Shown: piece by piece, positions 47,924-60,084 of the stretch | How the letters are laid out: every line of letters starts with the position of its first letter | Position numbering within the stretch: position 1 is the stretch's first letter | NCBI GenBank assembly: GCA_038087875.1 | Contig: JAXLNO010000364.1 | Coordinates: 186,001-250,000 of the forward strand | Length of the DNA: 64,000 nt | Source of the DNA: Malacoraja senta | Lineage: Eukaryota | Direction of reading: 5' to 3' | The notes under the pieces: generated by a model | Database searches by the model: none | The model's input: the letters and a program-made list of their open reading frames with translations, nothing else | Told to the model about the DNA's origin: nothing | Program-made: the position numbers and the translations under genes

Positions 47924-50133
47924 GTTCCAACTTCATGTCGAAGGTTTTTGATCAGGTAATGACGTTTTTAGATATTAAACATTGTTACTCCAGTGCGTAT
48001 CACCCTGAGAGCCAGGGAGTTCTCGAGAGGTTTCACCAGACTTTGAAATCTATGTTGAGGACTTACTGCCTGGAGTTTGAAAAAGACTGGGATGAAGGGG
48101 TTCATCTAGTTATGTTTGCGGTGCGTGAGGTCGTGCAGGAGTCGTTGGGGTTCAGTCCTGCTGACCTGGTGTTCGCCCATACTGTACGTGGTCAGTTGAG
48201 GGTCCTAAAGGAGAAATGGTTGCAGGAGGATACAAAACTTAATGTTTTAGACCACGTCTGTACCTTTCGGTCTAGACTGAAGAGGGCATGCGAACTGGCA
48301 ATGGGTAATCTGGTTTCTGCTCAGTCTAGGATGAAGGGGTGGTTCGACAGGAAGGCTTCTAGTAGGGATTTTTCTCCAGGTGACAAGGTCCTGGTTTTGT
48401 TGCCTATTCCTGGTTCCAGTCTGCAGGCTCGGTATAGCGGTCCCTATCATGTGGTTAAGAAGGTTGGTGAAAGGGATTATGTTATTGGTACCCCTGATCG
48501 AAGGCGTAAGACCCAGCTCTGTCATGTCTACATGATGAAGCAGTACCATGAGCCAGAGCCAGTGGAGGTTGATGGGGAGGTGCTCTGTCCTTCGGTTTCG
48601 TCTTAGCCTGTTTTGGCTGCAGTGGTGCTGCCCCCTGACACGGGTGGTGATGTGGGTGAGGCACGGTTGTCGGTGGCAGTGACGCAGGGAAGGCTGTGTA
48701 ACTCTGAGGCTTTGGAGTCGCTTCCCTTGCGGTTGTCGCATTTGACTGAAAGTCAGCGGGGTGATCTGCTTGCTTTGGTGAAGTCAAATGGGTCACTGTT
48801 CTCGGATGTTCCTTCTCAGATGTCTGTGCTGCAGCATGACATTGACGTGGCCGGTGCTGCGCCAATTAAACAGCATCCGTATCGGGTCAACCCTGACAAG
48901 CGTCATCGTCTAGGGAGTTAGGTTGACTATATGCTGCGGCATGGGATTGCTGAACCTAGTTGTAGTCCGTGGAGTTCTCCGTGCCTACTGGCTACGAAGG
49001 CTAATGGGGAGGACAGGTTTTGTACGGACTTTCGGAAAGTGAATGGAGTAACTAAGCCGGATTGCTATCCTCTCCCACGAATGGAGGATTGCGTGGATCG
49101 TGTGGGAAGTGCATCTTTTGTGTCCAAGTTGGACTTGTTAAAAGGGTATTTGCAAGTTCCCTTGACTATGCGGGCGAGGGAGATCTCTGCGTTCTTTACG
49201 CCTGATAACTTTCTGCAGGATACAGTAATGGCATTTGGGATGCGCAATGCGCCGGCAACCTTCCAACGTTTGGTGAACGTTGTATTGTCTGGTTTGTCCT
49301 TCTGTGAGGCATACCTTGATGAATTGGTTGTGTGCTCCAGGTCGTGGATCGAACACGTCGGTCATCTGGAGAAGGTATTCCACCGTCTAGCGGAGGCAAA
49401 GCTAAATATCAATCTGGGGAAGCGTGAGTTTGGCCAGGCCACGGTAACGTATCTGGGTAAGGTGGTGGGCCGGGGTCAGGTTCGCACTCTCAAGGAAAAG
49501 GTGGAGCATATTGTCGCATTTCCTGCTCCAACCTCGAGGACTGAACTCCGTAGGTATCTGGCTATGGTTGGGTACTATAGGGTATTCTGTCCAAACTTCT
49601 CTGCGGTGGCTGCCCCTTTGACGGATTTGTTGAGTCCGAAGGTAGCTTTTGTGTGGTCCGCAGAGTGTCAACAAGCCTTTGATCATACAAAAAGTCTTCT
49701 GGTGCGCGCACCTGTGCTTGCGGCACCTGATTTTGAGCATCCATTTAAGCTGGCAGTGGATGCTAGTGATCGTGGGGTTGGGGGAGTTCTTCTACGGGAT
49801 GATTCAGATGGAGTGGAGCATCCACTTTCATACTTCTCTAAGAACTTTAATCGTCATCAGAAGTGGTACTCCACCATTGAGAAAGAGGCCCTTGCTATGT
49901 TGATGTCTCTGAGTCATTTCGAGGTTTATGTTGGCTCCTCGAATGTCCCTGTCATCGTACTCACGGATCATAATCCGTTGGTATTTTTGCATAATATGAA
50001 GAATAAGAACCGGCGGTTAATGAGCTGGAGTTTGCAGCTGCAAGACTACAACCTGGAGGTCAGGCATATCCGTGGCAAGGATAATGTCTTGGCTGACGCC
50101 TTGTCGCGCCAGTGGAGTTTAGCTCCTGAATAG
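47924..50133 (+). pseudogene. Integrase C-half, reverse transcriptase and RNase H of the LTR element; two in-frame stops
   Basis: SNFMS...YHPESQGVLERFHQTLK, GPY motif, RFCTDFRKVN, MAFGMRNAPATFQR, YLDE (YLDD expected), AVDAS, TDHNPL and ADALSR; TAG at 48604-48606 and 48919-48921 in one frame. Confidence 0.9.
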
Positions 50134-50199
50134 TTTCTGGGATTTGGTGGTGTTTTTTCCCTCTTCTTCCGAAACTTATTCAGTATCTTTGGGTGGGGG

Positions 50200-50602
50200 T
50201 GTTAGGCGCTCCCCCTCCTGGTCAATGTTATGTATTAACATTTCTCTGTTTCTTTCCCGAGTGCAGGCCTCGTGGCTGTGAGTCTGGACATCTAGGGGTT
50301 AAAAGGCTCCTGTACCCGATTGGCCAAGCTGCGTCAGGTGATGGGTGACTCATCTGAAGCATAAATACCAGAGTTCCCAGAATTCTCTTTTTTTTCTTCG
50401 AGGCACCTGCCTCGTGAACTGATTGCTGGTGTGAGCTGTGGAAGGCCTGGCCACATGGCATAGCACTTCGTGTAATTTCAACATTACGTAGTACCAAATA
50501 TTGAATTCGGACGGACAAGGGCTGTCCTTAAAAGTTTTCGGTATTTTGTTTCAGGGATAGACTTCTTTTAGGCAGGTTTAGAGTCTCAGGGGAGTCGTAA
50601 CA
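50200..50602 (+). repeat. 3' LTR (403 bp, internally deleted), preceded by PPT GGGTGGGGG at 50191-50199
   Basis: Matches the 5' LTR up to GAGTCTCAGG, then jumps to the terminal TCGTAACA. Confidence 0.92.
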
Positions 50603-52072
50603 GGAGCAAAGAGGTCCTTCTACAGTTGTACAGGACCCTGGTGAGACCACACCTTTGTATTGTGTGCAGTTTTGGTATCCTAATTTGAGGAAGGATATTC
50701 TTGCTTTTGAGGGAGAAAGCGTAGGTTCACGACGTTAATACCCGGGATGGCGGGACTGTCATCTGATGAAAGAATGGAACGATTGGCTTGTATTCACTGG
50801 AATTTAGAAGATGAGAGGTGATCTTATAGAAAAATACAACATAGTTAAGAGACTGGACACGCTCGATGCAGGAAACATGTTTCCGATGTCAGGCGACTTC
50901 AAAACCAGGGGCCACAGTTTACGATTAAGGGGTAGGCCATTTAGGACTGAGATGAGTAAAAATATTTTTCACAGAGAGTTGTGAATTTGTGAAATTCTCT
51001 GCCTCTGAAGGCAGTGGAGGCCGATTCACTGGATGCATTCAACAGAAAGTTAGATAGAGCTCTTAGGGCTAGCGGAATCAACGGGTATCGGGAGAAGGCA
51101 GGAACAGGGTAATGATTGTGGATGATCAGCCACAATCACAGATTACATTGAATGGCGGAGTAGGCTCAAAGGGCCGGAAAGCCTACTCCGGAACATATTG
51201 TCTATGTATCTATGTATCTATATATATAATTCTACCGATGCGTCAACGTGCTATTCCAGTTTCGAGTAGACGAATACATAAAAGCAATGGTGTAATGCCG
51301 AGGCCTCATGAGGCGCTGGTGAGGCCACGCTTGGAATATTGTAAGCGGTTATGAGCCTCATCTCTAAGGATGGGGGCGCAAGCGTGGATAGGCCCAGAGG
51401 ACGTTTAGTGGAATGGTCCCGGTTATGATTGGGTAAACGTGTGAGGATAGTTTGATGTTACTAGTCCTGTACTCGATGGAGTTTAGCAGAATGAAGGGAG
51501 ACTTCATTGAAACACACAGATTAGTGAATGGCTTGGATAGAGTGTGTGTGGGGAGGATGTTTCTACCAGTAGAGAGCCTAGCACGAGAGGGCATAGCCTC
51601 AGAATTCGACGTTCTTTTAGTAAGGAGATGAGGAGAAATTTCTTTAGTCAGAGGATGGTGAATCTGTGGGATTCTTTGCTGCAGAACGCAGTGCAGGCCA
51701 AGTCAGGGATATTTTTAAGGCAGGGATGGATAGATTCTTGATTATTACAGGTGTCAGAGATTATGGTGAGAAGGCAGAAGAATGCGGTTAGGAGGGAGAA
51801 ACATATCAACTGCATTTTGCCCTCCCTCACGTTAAATATATTGTCTATCAAGGGGTGGGGCGGGAGGGGAGGGGGTTAGATAATGAATGTCCGCCCGATC
51901 TGTGCCTTTCATAGTGTCATTTTGATTGTTTGAAAGATACAGAATGGAAACCGGCCCTTCCGTCCACCACACGACGACCATTTGTCATGCGCTCACACGC
52001 CAGTTCTACGTTATACTCAGTTTCCGTGCGCTCCCTACACACTAGCGACAATTTATGGAGGCCAATTGACCT

Positions 52073-53132
52073 CAATTCGAGGAGGAGCCATCTTGAGGAA
52101 CGGCTGCCAAACAGCAGCCGTGCGTTAATTGTACTTATTTTTCTAGTTTTTAGTTTTTATTTAAGTCTCTGTTTTTCATTATTTTACTTTTCGATGTGGG
52201 GGGAATCAAGGGGAAACCACTTCCTGGTCCCTACCTGGTCGGTGAGGCAGCCTTCTCTCCGGCTGCCCAGTCGACCCGTCCTTGCGGCCTGCCAGCGGGC
52301 GTGGAGCGGCGTGGAGCGGCGTTTCCCGACGGGGGCCGCACAGCACCCTCAGCTTCGGTGGCGGCACGGCGCTGGTGCGCTATTGTGCAGCGGAGCGGGC
52401 GATGCCTTGCCTGGGTCGCCGCGCTGGAGCGACGCGCTGGAGCTCCGGTGAGCTGGACCGCCGAGCTCAACACCTCCGGGCTGCAGGACTGTGGAGCGAC
52501 CATCCGCGGGCGGCGGCGCCGACTCCAACATCGGGAGCGTCGTGGCTCCAAATCGGCGCGGCCTTGTCGGCTTCAGGTGCTGCGGACGCCTGCGGGAAAT
52601 CTGCCGTTCCAGCCGTAGTTGCGGCCTCCGGTGAGAAATGCGGCCGTTCCAGGTGGCCCAGCTGCTGGAGGACTCTCCCGACGCCGGGGCTACACCACCC
52701 GGCGAGAACGGCCAGGATCATCGGGCAATAGAGGCAATAGCGGGGGCCTCATTCGGCCTGACTTTTTGGTTGAAATGGGGCTGTGGACTGGACTTTGTGC
52801 CTTCCCCCACAGTGGAAATCATTGTGGGGGGGGGGGGTGATTTTTGTTTGTAATTGTTTGTGATTGTATTTGTTAATCTGGGTTCAAGATGGCGGTCGGA
52901 GGGGAGAGTGGACGCTGGCGAGGTTTCGCTGCCGCTGCTCTCTCCTCAAATTGTGTTTCCGATTTTCTTTTTTGTGTTTTTGGAAGGAATTCTGTCCCTG
53001 ATTTGTGTATTGGCCTTTATAACTTATTTTTTTAATTCTGATTATATGTTAACCATAAATCTCTGTAAGGTGTACTTGAGACCTCGGTATAAGGCGCCCA
53101 TAAATAAAATTCATTATTATTATTATTATTAT
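52073..53132 (+). mobile_element. GC-rich non-autonomous retroelement with L2-like 3' end and (ATT)n tail, unit-4-specific
   Basis: Interrupts GACCT|ACAATCCCAAAG seen in the other units; core homologous to 35328-36204; ends TGTAAGGTGTACTTGAG...AAGGCGCCCATAAATAAAATTC(ATT)n. Confidence 0.82.
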
Positions 53133-54379
53133 AATCCCAAAGCATCCTGAAATATAGAAGCATCACGAGGCCATTTCGCCCATCAAGTTCGCTCCGCCAT
53201 CCGCCACTCCAAAGACGTTAATTTGCTTAGTGTAAATAAAAATTGTCCCTCGTGTGTGTATGATAGCGGTAGTGCGCGGGGATCGCTGATTGAACCTTCC
53301 GAACCATCTGAATTTTGTAGTCGGCAGGGCAGTACTCTGCACATCGCCAAGTTGGACAATTTTACATTTTTATCAAGCCAATTAACCTACAAACCTGTAT
53401 ATCTTTGGAGTGTGGGAGGAAACCGAAGATCTCGGAGAAACCCCACGCACATCACGGGGAGAACGTACAAACTCCATACAGACAGCACCCGTATTCGGGA
53501 TCGAACCCGGGTCTCTGGCGTTGCATTTTGCTGCACCGCTGTGCCACCGTGACTGCAAAGACGTACGAGTTTGCAGGGAAATCGGCTTCGTATTAATGTA
53601 AATTATTCTCAGACTGAGTAGGATAGTCTTAGATGCGGACTCGCTGGGCTGATGGGCCTGTTTCCGCGCTGCATCTCTCAACTGAACCAAACATTACAAG
53701 TAAAATAGAGCATCAGAATCAGTTTCGATGGTCCGCTTTAAAAATTATCTGTCGCTCTCTCATGGAATTGTTTTCTCTCGCTGGAGAAAGGGGCTACATG
53801 ACAGACAGAGATGTTGGGGGTGGGGGGAGGAGTGTTGCTCTCTGGATTGATACAGATTTTCACAGCCGTAGTCCGAAATTACATTGCGGATGTTTCCTCC
53901 AGTCAGGCTAGATTTCTGAATTTGAGGAATAAAAATCAATATACCAGTAAGATAGACACACAATTCTGGCGTAACTCAGAGGCCCAGGTAGCATCTCTGG
54001 AGTAAAGGAATGGGTGAAGTTTCGGGTCGAGACCCTTCTTAATAACCACCAGTAGTCAGATTCGAACCCGTGTCTCTGGAGCTGTAAAGCATCAGCTGCA
54101 CCGCTGCGCCGCCGAGGTCGTTTCCTCTTTACTTATTGTCTGAATTTACCATCCAAACTTCAGGAAATCTGCCATCCTCGTCCTTCATGTTCTATGGAAC
54201 ACGCCGGAACTGAAATCCCACCACCTCGTCTTTAACCGACTCCGACACGTAGGATGAGGACTTACCTAAGAACAGCTGCTCCCAAATTACTCTCCCCACT
54301 TTCTACCAAACGCAGATATTTTTATTTTCCATTCACCGATTTCTCAAATTAATCGACAAAACAATGTCCTTAAAACAAT

Positions 54380-54385
54380 TTTATT
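54380..54385 (-). terminator. Polyadenylation signal AATAAA of tubulin copy 4
   Basis: TTTATT at the conserved position. Confidence 0.55.
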
Positions 54386-54463
54386 ATCAATACTATAATA
54401 TCTATCAATATAATTTATTTTATCTGTATTAAATTAAACTTTTAATTACTAAATTAATTAATT

Positions 54464-57293
54464 TTATTCTTCCTCTTCCCCGCTTCTTTCGAGGTCGGCG
54501 GAATCCACGGCTACCTCATGGTAGTCCTTCTCCAGCGACGCCATGTCCTCCTGCGCGTCCTGGAACTCTCCTTCCTCCAGCCCCTCTCCCACGTACCAAT
54601 GGACAAAGGCCCGCTTGGCGTACATCTTGTCGAACTTGATGTTGAGGCGGGTCCAGGCCATGGAGATGGCGGTTGTGTTGTTCAGCATGCAGAGGGCGCG
54701 TTGCACCTTGGCCAGGTCACCCCCCGGCACAACCGTCGGCGGCTGGTAGTTGATGCCCACCTGCGGCCGGAAAAAAAATCATCTTAAAATTAATTCTACT
54801 TGCACAAATATGCTTGCATTGGCAGTTTAGTACAGCGCCCTTAAATTGCACAAATAATAATTGAGTAATAGTTTAGCTATTCCGTTAAAGAAATCTCTGG
54901 CTGTAATTAGTCTCCGGATTGGCATCAGAGCCGCAAGCTCCGATACAAATGTGGTAGAGCCATGAAGTTATGATGTTGTGCAACTGGGAAGCGAGCTCGT
55001 CGAACCACCTTGTCCATGCCCCACAGTTGGCGTATTGGGCTCGTCTCATTTGCATGCGACTGGCCTTTATCATTCTAAATCCTTCCTGTGCATCCCATGT
55101 TTTGGGATTTTCTATCTATGTTTTAAATGTAGCAAATGTAAGGGGTTCCAACTTTACCTGACAATTCGTTCCAGATGCGGACTACCCTCTCAATAGATTA
55201 ATTGTTCGGGAGGTCCTTCTTAAATATCTCACCCCTCACCTCAAGTGGAGGACATCCAGTTTTGAGATGTTAAGATGAGAGCACATCTTATCTATGTCCC
55301 TCGTGATCTTGCACACCAGGATATGATTTATTTGCAGAGTACAAATAGTACCAAGTCGTTGCAGTCGTTGCATGTATGTTGTTATTCCAGCAGATGAGTT
55401 AGACTGCATGTGTGTGCATGGAAATGCGAGCGTTGGTCACACTCACCTTGAATCCGGTCGGGCACCAGTCCACGAACTGGATGGAGCGCTTGGTCTTGAT
55501 GGTGGCGATTGAGGCGTTGACGTCCTTGGGCACCACGTCCCCGCGGTACAGCATACAGCACGCCATGTATTTCCCCTGGCGAGGGTCGCACTTCACCAAC
55601 TGGTTGGCCGACTCGAAGCAGGCGTTGGTCAATTGGGAGACGGATAGTTCCTCGTGGTAAGCCTTCTCTGCACAAATAATCGGAGCATAGTTGACGAGCG
55701 GGAAATGGATGCGCGGGTAGGGCACTAGGTTGGTTTGGAACTCACTGAGGTCCACGTTCAAAGCGCCGTCGAACCGCAGCGAGGCGGTGATAGACGACAC
55801 TAACTGTGCCATCAGACGGTTGAGGTTGGTATAGGTGGGTCGCTCGATGTCCAGGTTCGGCCGACACACGTCGTATATGGCCTCGTTGTCCATCATGAAG
55901 GCGCATTTGGAGTGCTCCAGGGTGCAGTGGGTGACCAGCACCGCGTTGTAGGGCTCGACCACGGCGGTGGAGATCTGCGGCGCCGGGTAGATGGCAAATT
56001 CCAGCTTGGATTTCTTGCCGTAGTCGACAGAGAGTCTCTCCATGAGGAGGGAGGTGAAGCCCGAGCCAGTGCCGCCGCCGAAACAGTGAAATATGAGGAA
56101 GCGCTGCAGCCCGGTGCACAGATCGGCCTGAGGGTGGAGAAGGGGCAAAAGCTCAATTCTGTGCCAACGTTTAAAGGGAGAGAACGACACGAGAGGGTCA
56201 TGGTGCTCTCTACAACGGCGCACAGCGAGATGGTTCGGTGAGAGTCTCAGTGATAAATAGAGCGGTGACAATGAGTATTTGGGAGCACCGTTGCCGCAGC
56301 ACTCGCAAATGGACCGGGACAACCAGATACATTGGCGCTGTAAGCATGCTGTTGGCAATTTGCAGTCGCTGAGAAACCTACCAGTTTCCGGATGCGATCC
56401 AGGACGAGGTCCACGATCTCCTTGTCGTTGGAGCAGTGGCCCCGGGCGTAGTTATTGGCCGCGTCCTCCTTGCCGGTGATGAGCTGCTCGGGGTGCAAGA
56501 GCTGCCGGTAGGTGCCTGTCCGAACCTCATCTGCAGGGCGGCACAGTGAGAGAAGTAATCGTTGCCACACACTGCCCGCTCCCGCACGGGAAGGATTTAT
56601 GAGAACGCCCAACATTCTCCTCAACTCCCAACTTACCGATCACCGTGGGCTCCAGGTCGATGAACACGGCCCTTGGTACGTGCTTGCCCGCACCCGTCTC
56701 GCTGAAGAAGGTGTTGAACGACTCGTCGCCGCCTCCGATTGTCGAGTCGCTGGGCATCTGTCCATCCGGTTGGATTCCATGCTCCAGGCAATACAACTCC
56801 CAGCAAGCATTGCCAACCTGGACACCAGCCTGACCGCTGTGGATTGAAAGACACTCGCGCTGTTGGCGAAGGGGAAACAGACGGTGAGATGTTAGGGCGA
56901 GAGGTGCGCGTTGGTAATTTCTCGTTTACCGGTGCGGGCCGCGTGATTTCCATGATTTGGCCCTGATCGCTCACCGTCCCACGCCGAATATGACCACCTT
57001 CCCAGTTCCACCCAACATTGCAATTCGCACTCTCCACGGTCCGTTCACGATAGTAACCCTCAAATTCCTCGAAATTACATTCCTCCTTTCCCTGCCCAAT
57101 ATTACCCTGCGCCCTCCCCTCGTCGCAGTCTCATTCCCGCCCTCAGTTCCCAGTTACCCACTACGTTCCCATTCCACGGGTGCGCTCCCCCGTTCCCGTG
57201 TCCGGTCTCTGTAGACAATCGCTTCCCTCCCCCGTGGATCCCTCGCCCGGGGGAACACGCGCGCCCACGGATATTCTCCCGCGCGCTCACCAT
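54464..57293 (-). CDS. TUBA: Alpha-tubulin (array copy 4), open 450-aa frame but degenerate; possible incipient pseudogene
   Basis: Exons 57291-57293, 56637-56859 (223 nt), 56382-56530 (149), 55447-56127 (681) and 54464-54760 (297), all GT-AG. No stop seen, but many private substitutions; ends [14 protein letters not shown]. Confidence 0.8.
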
Positions 57294-57520
57294 GTTGCTC
57301 CGCTCGCGTGGTTCTCGAGACTGTGACGCGCCGCGCCGCTCCGGTATTAATACGGCCCCCGGGATAGAACGGTGGCCTTCGGTAAACGCGCGCCGATTGG
57401 TCAATGAGAACAATGACCTTGGTTGCCACAGGAAACAAACATAGAAGGTTCCAAGGCGCTCATTGCTGAATAATCCACAGTGTGAGACGTAGAACAATGG
57501 ACCTTCAGTGACGCAATCCG
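57294..57520 (-). promoter_or_regulatory. Promoter of tubulin copy 4 (TATA altered to TATTAATA)
   Basis: TATTAATA at 57345-57352 versus TATAAATA in copies 1-3; X-box-like motif intact at 57422-57436. Confidence 0.7.
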
Positions 57521-60084
57521 TTGTCTGCCTTCACCTCCCAGATTCCAATCTATCAATTACAGCTGGAAATTAAAGTATCTGACCACATACCTCCAAATGA
57601 TACCTAGCGCCAACTATTTGACTTCTTAAGCCCATGCAATCAATTTATCCACCAGTGGAAAAATTGCTGTAGATCACAGCGGATGTGACGTTAATCCCAC
57701 GCATCTCTCCATTAATCACTTCATAATCCGGGATCTCCGGTCTAACATCGCAATGCCTAAGATCAATTATTATTGATTTATTACCATCACGTGTGCTGCA
57801 AAAAAAAATGTCAGTCGTACTATATAGGCAGATCACATCACTCCTCAGTATATCTGATATTGCAACACGAAAAAAATGAGCAACGTGCAGAGTAAAGTGT
57901 TACATCTAGAGAATAAAAATAACATTTTTATTTTCAAGTATGAGGACCAGAGGAAGGTAGCACATGAGAGGTCTGCTGGGACCAACTGTCCCTGAATCAG
58001 GTGGTACGTTCTTTAATGCTTTGGTACACGCTGTCCAACAGAAGTGGAGAGAAGAGTGAATGATTGTGGCTTAAGGTATGGAGGGGGTGGGGTGTGGGAG
58101 TGGCCCATGATTGTGACGATGTCTTGCAATTAGATTCCAAATGATAAATCACTGATTCATAAAGTGGCATTGAACATATTGATTGATTGAAAGATGTACT
58201 CTACAAATTTGATGACGTGCAGTCCATCAGAACCCCAGCAATCTCCAATTTCGTTATGATGAATCAAAAAGGATATCACATTGATGGCTTTATAGAGTCA
58301 TAGAGTGACAGAGCGTAGAAACAGGCCCTTCGGCTCAACTTCCCACACCGACCAACATGTCCCACCTGCCTGCCCTTGGACCATATCCAAACGTGTCCCA
58401 TCAATCTACCTTGTTAACTATTCCTTATATGTTCGGATAGTCCCAGCCTCAACTACCCCCTCTAGCAGCTTGTTCCATGTAACCACCACCCTTTGTTTGA
58501 AAAGGTTACCGCTCAAATTCCTATTAAATCTTTACCCCTTCACCTTGAATCTATTGGTCCTCGATGCCCCTACTCTGGGCAAGAGATTCTGTGCATCTAC
58601 CCGACCTTTTTCTCTCATGATTTGTAACACCTCTATACGATCGCCCTTCATCCTCCTGCGCTCCAAGGAATAGCGACCCAGCCTACTCAACCTCTCCCAT
58701 CAGCTCAGACCCCTTAGTCCAGGCAGCATCCGCGTAAATCTTAACTGATTGGCTGCCAGAGACTAGGGGTCGGTGCTGTGGCCGCTGCTCTTCACGTTGT
58801 GTATCAATGATTTGGATGAGGGAATTGAATCCTTGGTGGGAAGTTTGGTGATGCTGCGAAAGTAGGTGGAGGGGCAGATAGTGTGGAGTTAGCAGCGACT
58901 CGGCCGAAGGATTTGGGCATGTTGGGAAATGGCAGATGGAATACAGCGCAGCAAAATGCGGAGACCGGCATTTTGATAGTTGGAATCAATCGAAGACTAT
59001 TTTTTTAAATGTGGAGATAATTCAGAAATCTGAGGTGCAAAGGGACTCTGGAATGCTGATACAGGATTCCCAAAAATGTAATTTGCAAGTCGAATTGATA
59101 GTAAGGCAGGAAAATGCAATACAAGAATTTATTTGGGGAGGAAAAGAATATTTTTTTAAAAACGGATGTAATATTGAGGCTTGAAAAGACACTGGTGGGC
59201 GCATTTGGGGTATTGTGACCAATTTGGGATGCCATACAAACAAATGGGTTGCAGAGGCTATCGCGTGAAGGCAGAGGAATGGGGCTGATAGGGGAAGAAT
59301 TATCACCCACGATTAAATGGCGGAGTAAGCAAGAGTCATAGAGTGATAGAGTGTGGAAACAGGCACTTCGGCCCAACTTGCACTCACGGGCCAACATGTC
59401 CCAGTTACCCCAGTCCCACCTGCGTGTGCTTGGTCCATATCCCTCCAAACCTGTCCTATCCATGTAGCTGTCTAACTATTTCTTGAACGTTGGGATAGTA
59501 CCAGCATCAACTATCTCCTCTGGCAGCTTGCACCATACACCCACCAGCCTTTGTGTGAAAACGTTAGCCTTCAGATTGCTTTTGAATATTTTCCCCTTCA
59601 CCTTGTATTTATGTCTTCTGGTCCTCGATTCAATTACTTTGGCCAAGAGATTCTGCGCATCTATCCGATTTGTTCCTCTCGTGATTTTATGCACCTCTAG
59701 AAGATCACCCCTCGTCGTCCTGCGCTCCAAGAAACAGAGACCCAGCCTACTCAACCTCTCCCGATAGCTCAGGCCCTCTAGTCCTGGCAACAGTCTCGTA
59801 AATGCAATAGTACAATTCATTTAGACTTTAGACTTTTGATTTTAAACTTGAGAGATACTTCGCGGAAACAGCCCCTTCGTCGATCACCGATCACCACGTG
59901 CACTGGCACACTCCTAAACACTTGGGACAATTTGCAACTTTACCGAAATCAAACCTGTACGTCTTTGGAATGTGGGAGAAACCCGGACCACCGAAGAAAA
60001 CCCACAGGGAGAACATACAAACTCCGTACAAACAGCATCCGGAGTCCCGATCGAACCCGGTTCTCGGGCGCTGTGAGGCAACAA

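Larger units (their letters stand above)
41080..50602 (+). mobile_element. Gmr1-like Ty3/Gypsy LTR retrotransposon (defective), interrupted by a CR1
   Basis: TG...CA LTRs at 41080-41664 and 50200-50602, 5-bp TSD GGAGC (41075-41079 and 50603-50607), PBS and PPT, and gag-PR-IN-RT-RNaseH coding remnants. Confidence 0.95.
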
